From: Zygophlyctis sp. KS116
Taxonomy: Eukaryota; Fungi; Chytridiomycota
DNA length: 12,298 nt
Assembly: GCA_054661495.1 (NCBI GenBank)
Contig: BAAFSQ010000293.1
Location: 1-12,298, forward strand
Direction: 5' to 3'
Below, piece after piece: positions 1 to 6,912 of the stretch. The position numbers and the translations under genes are program-made. Each line of letters begins with the position of its first letter. Position 1 is the stretch's first letter. The notes below the pieces were generated by a model. It was not told the DNA's origin. It saw only the letters and a list, made by a program, of their open reading frames with translations, and did no database searches.

Positions 1-23
1 TAAGAAAAATAAATCAACTTGCA

Positions 24-1283
24 ATGGAAAATCTTAAAAGAGATCAACTCAATGAAATGCTTCCAAATTCAATAGTTTATAGAGAATTGGCAAATAGGAT
101 TTTAGAGGTGGAATCAAATTTAGAGGTTATGATAGAGAATCAGTTGAAGACCGCTTTACAAGGCGTTATGAGCGAATATTTCAATAGAGAGAGAGTAACA
201 ATACAAAATGAAGGAAATACGGCACGGGGAGGAGAAGTGTCTGATGGAGAATTACGTGGAAATAATGAAGGAAATAACTCACGTACCGAGGAAGTTCGAG
301 GAAGATCACATGATAATTCAAAGTCACGTGGAGAAAAACGGAATTTTAAAATCCCGAAAGTTAAAATTGAACCAAAATTAAATGGACCCTCAAATTTTAA
401 TTACTGGAAATTAATGATGGAAGGACAAATGAAGGCTACGAATATATTTTTAGCTATAAACCAGAAGTTAGATGAAAATGATGAAATGAATTTAGTAGCA
501 CTTGATTTTATTGTTAGAAGTGTGGGAAATCAAATGATACCACTCATATTAGATGCTAAAACTGCATATGATGCATGGGATAAAATCAAAAATTATTGTG
601 CACCAAAAAATGCCAGTGAAATTAGAAGAATTAGGAAACAATTAGCATTGAAGGAAATGGAAGGAAAGAATATAGATGGTTATATTATGAGTTTTAAAAA
701 ATTATACTCAGAATTATGCAATCAGGGAATACTTATACAAGATGACGAATTAATATCTTATGTTTTAAATGGTTTACCTAATGAATTAAGTACGATTGCA
801 ACATTGGTGGAGAATCAAGCAGTAAATTTTGAAGATGCATGTTCAAAATTAAGATCTATGATTAAAGATATGAAGGATTATACAGGAGGAGGTGATAAAA
901 ATACAGAAAGAGGATTAGCTGCACTAACAGATAAAAATAAAAATAACTCGAGAGGATATTCAGGAAGAGGTCGTGGAAGTTCAAGAGGAGGAAAAGAACG
1001 AAATTTTAAAAAGTGCTATGTATGTGGAGATAAAGGACATATTACAAAAAATTGCAAGTATGTCAGATGTCATAAATGCAAGAAGGAAGGTCATACAGCC
1101 GATAAATGCACAGAAGGAAACAAAAATGATGGTCAATCTGACGAATCAGATCTTGGATTAATGATACAAGAAGTTGCCTTAAAAGGTGGAATAGTAGAAG
1201 AAAATTGGATATTGGACAGTGGATGTTCTTCTCATATATGTTATGATAAAAACAAGTTTCAGAATTTTAAATTGTTGGAGTAA
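24..1283 (+). CDS. gag: Element A gag-pol, 5' part: gag, two CCHC zinc knuckles and the start of the aspartic protease. Truncated by the insertion; bases after 1272 and the stop come from element B's LTR
   Basis: KLNGPSNFNYW gag start motif; VLNGLP; CYVCGDKGHITKNC and CHKCKKEGHTADKC; WILDSGCSSH (catalytic Asp codon at 1215). Confidence 0.93.
   Translation: MENLKRDQLNEMLPNSIVYRELANRILEVESNLEVMIENQLKTALQGVMSEYFNRERVTIQNEGNTARGGEVSDGELRGNNEGNNSRTEEVRGRSHDNSKSRGEKRNFKIPKVKIEPKLNGPSNFNYWKLMMEGQMKATNIFLAINQKLDENDEMNLVALDFIVRSVGNQMIPLILDAKTAYDAWDKIKNYCAPKNASEIRRIRKQLALKEMEGKNIDGYIMSFKKLYSELCNQGILIQDDELISYVLNGLPNELSTIATLVENQAVNFEDACSKLRSMIKDMKDYTGGGDKNTERGLAALTDKNKNNSRGYSGRGRGSSRGGKERNFKKCYVCGDKGHITKNCKYVRCHKCKKEGHTADKCTEGNKNDGQSDESDLGLMIQEVALKGGIVEENWILDSGCSSHICYDKNKFQNFKLLE
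1268..1272 (+). repeat. 5-bp target-site duplication of element B, left copy (TAAAT)
   Basis: TAAAT immediately precedes the TG at 1273 and recurs at 6908-6912 after the terminal CA. Confidence 0.95.
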
Positions 1284-1578
1284 ATTACTTATACGTCCTA
1301 TGTGTTAATCTTACCTATCACTTACTCACTAAATCACACCAGTTTAATGACTGAAGACAATAACAGTTTAACTGATCAAGCAAGTATCAAATTTGGATAT
1401 TTAAGCATTAAAATAAGGGTCATGATGAAGTAGTTTTTCATCCCCAATGTATCATTTGACTATCAGCTGATTATAAATTTGATGGGTATAAATACCGAGA
1501 GGGTAAAAATAAAGGAGTTTTCGATAATTTCAGAAAGTATCCGGAGTTAAATTTACTATTGAGAAAGTAACTCTGTCA
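1273..1578 (+). repeat. Element B 5' LTR (306 bp)
   Basis: TGTTGGAGTAAATT...CTCTGTCA; no difference from 6602-6907 found on reading the two copies side by side. Confidence 0.97.
1487..1513 (+). promoter_or_regulatory. Candidate TATA box (TATAAATA, 1487-1494) and poly(A) signal (AATAAA, 1508-1513) in element B LTR; copies at 6816-6823 and 6837-6842
   Basis: Consensus matches in the 3' third of the LTR. The AT-rich background limits certainty. Confidence 0.45.
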
Positions 1579-1592
1579 GATTAACAGTCGAA
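1579..1592 (+). promoter_or_regulatory. Primer-binding site of element B, complementary to the tRNA-Asn(GUU) anticodon arm (half-tRNA type)
   Basis: GATTAACAGTCGAA directly follows the LTR CA with no TGG. Its reverse complement TTCGA-CT-GTT-AA-TC reads as anticodon stem 5' side, a 7-nt loop with GTT anticodon, and 2 nt of the 3' stem. Confidence 0.8.
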
Positions 1593-1600
1593 ATTATAAG

Positions 1601-2437
1601 ATGAATATGAATATGAATGTGACAATTATTTTTTATAAACGCTACTGCAAAAATCTGGCTAAGAGAAAGAAATTGAACAATCACAATGGGCATAGGTGGA
1701 TACAAGATATGACTTCTGCCTTTTACAGATTCCAGGTCAAGGATGTGGTCTTGGCAGGTGAACCTAAGCCTGAAGCAGCTAATGTAGGAGAAAAAGATGA
1801 AGACTTCAATAAGAGAAGATCTGATTGGAATAGAAAGGACGACATAGCGAAATCTCTCATATATGATTCGTTGTCAGATGACTATAAGGCCTTGTTTCAG
1901 TGGACTCTCACATCGTCCGAAAATTTGAAAACAATCAAAGATAAGGTGTTGGACAACAGTATTTCGGCAATGAAATTGATGAAAGCTGAACTTGAATCTA
2001 TTAGTCAAAAATCTAATGAAACTATTATTGAATATTTTAATAGATGGAATTCGTCTCATTCAAAATATAGAGATGCTGGGGGTGTACTCTCAGAACCAGA
2101 GCAGTTGGCTATCTTTGTGAACAAGTTAAACTCAAATTTAGACTCTGTAGTTGGACCAATTATCTCAAAAGAAAAGTATGATGTTTCGTTCAAAGATTTA
2201 TTGAATGAATTAAAGAATTATGAAAACTTTCTTAAATCAAGAAAGGTTGAACTAAATGAACAAGTACTGTTCACAAAGGAGAAGAAGATCGGAAAGACAG
2301 AAGAAGTACTAAAGGAATTCAACATGAACCTAGTCTGTTACAATTGTGGAGGCTTTGGACACAAGACATTGAAGTGCTCATCGCCGAGACGAAATGGAAT
2401 AAAGTTACCTCATTCCTCATTGGGATATGATTTTTAA
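1601..2437 (+). CDS. gag: Element B gag (278 aa) with one CCHC zinc knuckle
   Basis: KLNNHNGHRW; WNRKDDIAKSLI; QKSNETIIEYF (copia-type capsid motifs); CYNCGGFGHKTLKC. Confidence 0.92.
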   Translation: MNMNMNVTIIFYKRYCKNLAKRKKLNNHNGHRWIQDMTSAFYRFQVKDVVLAGEPKPEAANVGEKDEDFNKRRSDWNRKDDIAKSLIYDSLSDDYKALFQWTLTSSENLKTIKDKVLDNSISAMKLMKAELESISQKSNETIIEYFNRWNSSHSKYRDAGGVLSEPEQLAIFVNKLNSNLDSVVGPIISKEKYDVSFKDLLNELKNYENFLKSRKVELNEQVLFTKEKKIGKTEEVLKEFNMNLVCYNCGGFGHKTLKCSSPRRNGIKLPHSSLGYDF

Positions 2438-5400
2438 GAAGAAGACTCAAAGTCAAGATACACGAGATAATGGTTTTATTAATGTTAAAGATGCAAATCA
2501 TTGCGTCAGAGAAAGAGAAGGTCAACAATTAGTCGAATTCACTATGGAGGAGGATGAATATCCATATCCATGTGACCCCCCGGAAAAAGGAAATAATATA
2601 ACAACATATGATTGTTATTATGGTTCATTCAATCAGAATGAGTTTGATGCATTCAATCTGAATGAATTTGAGTCATTCAATCTGAATGAAGATAATTTAA
2701 ATTTAGGTCAATTAGATTCATTCAATCTGAATGAAGAAAAAGATTACACTATTTTGGACAGTGGAAGTACAATCAGTATTTTCAAGAACTTGGAGTATTT
2801 TGATTTGAATTTATTCAAGTCTTATTCTAAACCACAATCACTTGGGACATACAAGAAAGACTCTGATCAAGGAGAAGGTGATACTTTAGGTGAAGGTCCT
2901 GTATCATTGAGGATCATCAGATCAGATCAAAGTTACTTTGCTCTGAATCTTAAAAGAGCTATATATTGCCCTTCCTCGAGACTTAATATCATCTCAGAGG
3001 GCTATTTACAACAAGTTGGTGGAATTGAATTTAAATCTACTCAAAATGGAAAAGATGCATATCTAAATGGCAATTATATTTTTAGTGCTAAATTACAATC
3101 AAATTTACTTTATACTATTGATATGGATACTGGAGGACTTGACCAAATTCTCTACACATATAGGAGTGGACTTAAAGACCCAGAATTGATACATCAAAGA
3201 TTCGGACATCAATCCAATGCAAGAATTTGTAAGTCTGTGGACTCTGTCATTGGTTTAAATATGTTAACACCAAGAAGGGATCACTGTGAAATTTGTTCTG
3301 TTACAAAGTCTAAGTATAAGACACATCTTAAACCTTATAAAAGACAACCATATGAACCTTTAGGAATGGTTGTGATGGACTATAAGGGACCTTTCTCACA
3401 GCAATCAAAAGAAGGTTTCACTGGATATATTGTGTTTATTGATGTGTATTCTCATTTTGGACAAGTATTTGGACTTAAAAAGAAGGATGAATCTTTATCA
3501 AAGTTTATTGAATTCCAATTATGGATTGAGACACAAACCAATTCTAAAATCAAATGTGTCAGATCTGACCAAGCAAAAGAGATCATTTATGGAACTTTTG
3601 CTGATCATTTAAAGAAAATTGGAATTAGACAACAATATACTTCTGCAGATTCTCAATCCTCAAATGGGACAGCAGAAGCTAGAATCAGAGTTATCAATCA
3701 GATGGCGAGATCAATGATACAACATTCAAGTGTATCACCTGGCTTCTGGTTCAGGGCAGTACACACTGCAAACTACCTATACAACAGGACTCTCAATGCA
3801 AATAATCAGACAAAGACACCTTTTGAATTGATATTTAATCGTCAGCCTAGAGTTGACTATTTCAGAGTCTTTGGTTGCATATGTTATTTTTATATACACA
3901 AACAATACAGGAAAACTTTTGATAAGAATGCCAAAGTAGGGAGATTTCTTGGATACTCAGATAATAGTAATTCTTATGTGATTTTCTCTCAAAACAAATT
4001 CATTTTATCTAGACATGTGGATTTTAATGAAAATATTTTTGACTACAAAGAACTAAAAGATGAAGTAGTTGAAACATCAAAACACGTGCAGAAGGAAAGC
4101 AAAAGACAAGTAACGTTTGATATTCCGGCCGATCAAATGATAGGACGACAAGATTTTAGTATTTTACAATATGGAATGGCACATAATCGAGAGAGTAACC
4201 AAACAAATAATGATAATGTACGAGCACTTAATCAATTTGATGAGAATAATGGACAGTCATATAACCAAGAGAATAATCAAGCTAATGATGATAATGTGGA
4301 ATCCGATAATCCAGATAATCAAGCTACTAATGATAATGTGGGATCAAATAGAAGAGTTCATTCTAGAATATCTGAGACGCAGAGTTTGAATTCTAGACTA
4401 CCTTTGCCTGTGACAAGCTTCAATCGTGGTTTAACATTAAGAGGGAGAGGTGGTCGTGGCCGTGTTTCAAATAGAATTCAAGGTAGGACAGAAGAGCAAA
4501 GATCTGTACTTCAAGATGATGTGTCTGGATCTAGAATGCCCAGATTACGACTAATTCTGCCCCCTAGATCACCAGAAAGTTCAGAACCAGTACAATCAAG
4601 CGAATTATCACAATCTAGTGAATCTTTAGAGGAACTTACACGCATAAATACGTTGAATAACAGAAGTTTGAGTAGTGAATTAAATGGAAACTTCTGGCAA
4701 CAATTACCTATAGATGTTGATGCGCCCCGGAGAACAAGATCCTCAAATACTCAAGACACTGTCAATGCTCTCAATATTAATTATATTGATGAGGAAATAA
4801 ATATACTAGAAAGTATAAACTATTTGGATGATGACGTGCCGAATAATTATAAACAAGCACGAAAACATTCAGAATCAAAAGGATGGATGGAAGCACTTCA
4901 AAGAGAATACAGACAATTAGATAATCTTAATGCTTTTAATTTAATACCAAGACGTGATGTTACTGATCAGAAAATTAATACTACAACTATTACTTTCACA
5001 AGAAAACCAGCTCCACTATTATATAAGGCCAGGCTGTGTTTTCGTGGTGATCTTGAAAAGAATAATCTTCAACTGGAAGACACATTTGCCAGTGTCATCC
5101 GAACTGAAAATCTGAGACTTGTCTTATGCATGATTTTGTCTCTCAAATGGAAATTTGTTTTTATAGATATTAGCAATGCATTTATCAACGCGAAGATGCC
5201 AAGACTCGTTTATTTAGAGATCCCAGTGGATCACCCGGACGCGGGAAAGCGACCCACACATGTATTTAAGTTGAATCGTGCACTCTATGGCACAACTGAT
5301 GCTCCTAAATTGTGGAATGATGAATTATGGGCTACTCTAAAAGAAATGGGTTATTTAAGAACAAAATCTGATTGGAATTTATTTTATAAGGACAAATCTT

Positions 5401-6380
5401 TTATAGTGTTTCACGTTGATGACGGGATACTCTCGGCTTCTGATGACCATGCATTGAATGAAATAATAGCGAAATTAAGACAAAAATATAAAATGACTGT
5501 ACAGGAAAGTAATATCAAATACTTGAAGCTCAATATTAAAATTACACAGAATTGTATCTATATCGATCAATCTGAGTACATAGAAGAGATGACAAGAAAA
5601 TTTGAAGTTAGTTTAGAGAAGAAATATGACACACCAATGATCACCAATTTCGTCAGTCAGGAATCGAATAATGATCAAATACTAGATGAAAGTACACCTT
5701 ATCGAGGAATCATTGGCTCTCTACTCTTTATTGCTCGACAAACCAGACCAGATATTACGTTTGCTGTCAACTATCTTAGTCAGTACGTTACAAAACCTAC
5801 CAAGTCACATTGGAATGCTGCTAAAAGAGTGTTAATTTATCTTTACAACACGAGATTTGACTCTTTACGTATTGGACCAGTGAATAATGAAGGAATAAAA
5901 TGTTATTCAGATGCTACTTGGGCTGATTGTACTGAAACTCGACGCTCTCGATCAGGAGGAGTATTATTCTATAATGGCACATTAATAAGTGCGCATTCAC
6001 ACACTCAACGATCAGTATCGCTATCCAGCACGCAAGCAGAGTATCAGGCACTGACTAGTGCAATCCAAGAGATTATTTACTATAGACAACTTCTAGGGGA
6101 GTTAGGATATGCCAATAACTTACCTACTCCGCTAATGTGTGATAATCAAGGAGCTCTATATTTGGCAGTGTCTACCAAAAATCATACTAGAATCAAACAC
6201 ATTGAATTAAGATATCACTATATACGTGAAACTGTGCAAGAGAAGAAAGTACAATTGATATATATCAATACAAAAGATCAAATAGCTGATATTATGACTA
6301 AGCCACTTGCCAAAGATCAATTTATCAAATTTAAAGAATTAATGGGTATCAAGAATTGGCAGGATGAGTCAAAAATATAA
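2427..6380 (+). CDS. pol: Element B pol polyprotein (protease, integrase, reverse transcriptase, RNase H); +1 frame relative to gag, frame open from 2403
   Basis: ILDSGST; HQRFGH...CEIC; D..D-35-E (VMDYKGP, RSDQ, GTAE); GRFLGYS; YKARL; LYGTTDAP; FHVDD; YSDATW, STQAEY, CDNQ, ADIMTK. Confidence 0.96.
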   Translation: MIFKKKTQSQDTRDNGFINVKDANHCVREREGQQLVEFTMEEDEYPYPCDPPEKGNNITTYDCYYGSFNQNEFDAFNLNEFESFNLNEDNLNLGQLDSFNLNEEKDYTILDSGSTISIFKNLEYFDLNLFKSYSKPQSLGTYKKDSDQGEGDTLGEGPVSLRIIRSDQSYFALNLKRAIYCPSSRLNIISEGYLQQVGGIEFKSTQNGKDAYLNGNYIFSAKLQSNLLYTIDMDTGGLDQILYTYRSGLKDPELIHQRFGHQSNARICKSVDSVIGLNMLTPRRDHCEICSVTKSKYKTHLKPYKRQPYEPLGMVVMDYKGPFSQQSKEGFTGYIVFIDVYSHFGQVFGLKKKDESLSKFIEFQLWIETQTNSKIKCVRSDQAKEIIYGTFADHLKKIGIRQQYTSADSQSSNGTAEARIRVINQMARSMIQHSSVSPGFWFRAVHTANYLYNRTLNANNQTKTPFELIFNRQPRVDYFRVFGCICYFYIHKQYRKTFDKNAKVGRFLGYSDNSNSYVIFSQNKFILSRHVDFNENIFDYKELKDEVVETSKHVQKESKRQVTFDIPADQMIGRQDFSILQYGMAHNRESNQTNNDNVRALNQFDENNGQSYNQENNQANDDNVESDNPDNQATNDNVGSNRRVHSRISETQSLNSRLPLPVTSFNRGLTLRGRGGRGRVSNRIQGRTEEQRSVLQDDVSGSRMPRLRLILPPRSPESSEPVQSSELSQSSESLEELTRINTLNNRSLSSELNGNFWQQLPIDVDAPRRTRSSNTQDTVNALNINYIDEEINILESINYLDDDVPNNYKQARKHSESKGWMEALQREYRQLDNLNAFNLIPRRDVTDQKINTTTITFTRKPAPLLYKARLCFRGDLEKNNLQLEDTFASVIRTENLRLVLCMILSLKWKFVFIDISNAFINAKMPRLVYLEIPVDHPDAGKRPTHVFKLNRALYGTTDAPKLWNDELWATLKEMGYLRTKSDWNLFYKDKSFIVFHVDDGILSASDDHALNEIIAKLRQKYKMTVQESNIKYLKLNIKITQNCIYIDQSEYIEEMTRKFEVSLEKKYDTPMITNFVSQESNNDQILDESTPYRGIIGSLLFIARQTRPDITFAVNYLSQYVTKPTKSHWNAAKRVLIYLYNTRFDSLRIGPVNNEGIKCYSDATWADCTETRRSRSGGVLFYNGTLISAHSHTQRSVSLSSTQAEYQALTSAIQEIIYYRQLLGELGYANNLPTPLMCDNQGALYLAVSTKNHTRIKHIELRYHYIRETVQEKKVQLIYINTKDQIADIMTKPLAKDQFIKFKELMGIKNWQDESKI
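2625..2741 (+). repeat. Coding 24-nt repeat, about 4 copies, encoding (S/A)FN(L/Q)NExx
   Basis: CATTCAATC(A/T)GAATGA in units starting at 2625, 2649, 2673 and 2718. Confidence 0.85.
4197..4340 (+). repeat. Three degenerate NQxxxDNV coding repeats in the integrase-RT linker
   Basis: NQTNNDNV, NQANDDNV, NQATNDNV; TGATAATGT recurs three times. Confidence 0.7.
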
Positions 6381-6588
6381 AGAGAACCGAGGAATAATAT
6401 TTCCTGATGATTGTAGTATCAATTTGATATCAAACTCATAATGAAAATTTTCAATTCTAGTTAATGCAATTAGTGTGGATTTGGATCAATATCGGAATTT
6501 AGGAATATAGATGCGTAATTCGTGTTAACTAATATCTATTACTATAGTAGATATCTATGATAAGAGTATTTTACAGCAAGAGACATGT

Positions 6589-6601
6589 AAGATAGGAGGA
6601 G
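6589..6601 (+). promoter_or_regulatory. Polypurine tract of element B
   Basis: AAGATAGGAGGAG immediately before the 3' LTR TG. Confidence 0.88.
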
Positions 6602-6907
6602 TGTTGGAGTAAATTACTTATACGTCCTATGTGTTAATCTTACCTATCACTTACTCACTAAATCACACCAGTTTAATGACTGAAGACAATAACAGTTTAA
6701 CTGATCAAGCAAGTATCAAATTTGGATATTTAAGCATTAAAATAAGGGTCATGATGAAGTAGTTTTTCATCCCCAATGTATCATTTGACTATCAGCTGAT
6801 TATAAATTTGATGGGTATAAATACCGAGAGGGTAAAAATAAAGGAGTTTTCGATAATTTCAGAAAGTATCCGGAGTTAAATTTACTATTGAGAAAGTAAC
6901 TCTGTCA
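6602..6907 (+). repeat. Element B 3' LTR (306 bp)
   Basis: Direct repeat of 1273-1578. Confidence 0.97.
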
Positions 6908-6912
6908 TAAAT
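6908..6912 (+). repeat. 5-bp target-site duplication of element B, right copy (TAAAT)
   Basis: Matches 1268-1272. Confidence 0.95.

Larger units (their letters stand above)
1273..6907 (+). mobile_element. Ty1/copia LTR retrotransposon B (inner, full length, 5635 bp)
   Basis: Two 306-bp TG...CA LTRs, 5-bp TSD, PBS, gag, pol in PR-IN-RT-RH order, PPT. Confidence 0.97.

Noticed and set aside
2429-2437. -1 slippery heptamer at the gag end
   Set aside because: pol is in the +1 frame and the sequence does not fit X-XXY-YYZ in the gag frame.
2404-2452. Small intron joining gag to pol in element B
   Set aside because: The GT at 2404 with the nearest acceptors (2438, 2441, 2444) gives the wrong frame. 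The in-frame AG at 2452 requires skipping three AGs, and there is no clear branch point.
2625-2741. CRISPR-like array
   Set aside because: In-frame coding repeats without unique spacers, in a eukaryotic retrotransposon with no cas genes.
6381-6588. env-like or extra ORF, and short palindromes (TTTGATATCAAA 6423-6434, TACTATAGTA 6540-6549, TAGATATCTA 6548-6557) in element B's 3' UTR
   Set aside because: Too short for an extra gene; AT-rich palindromes of 10-12 bp could arise by chance and no function can be supported.
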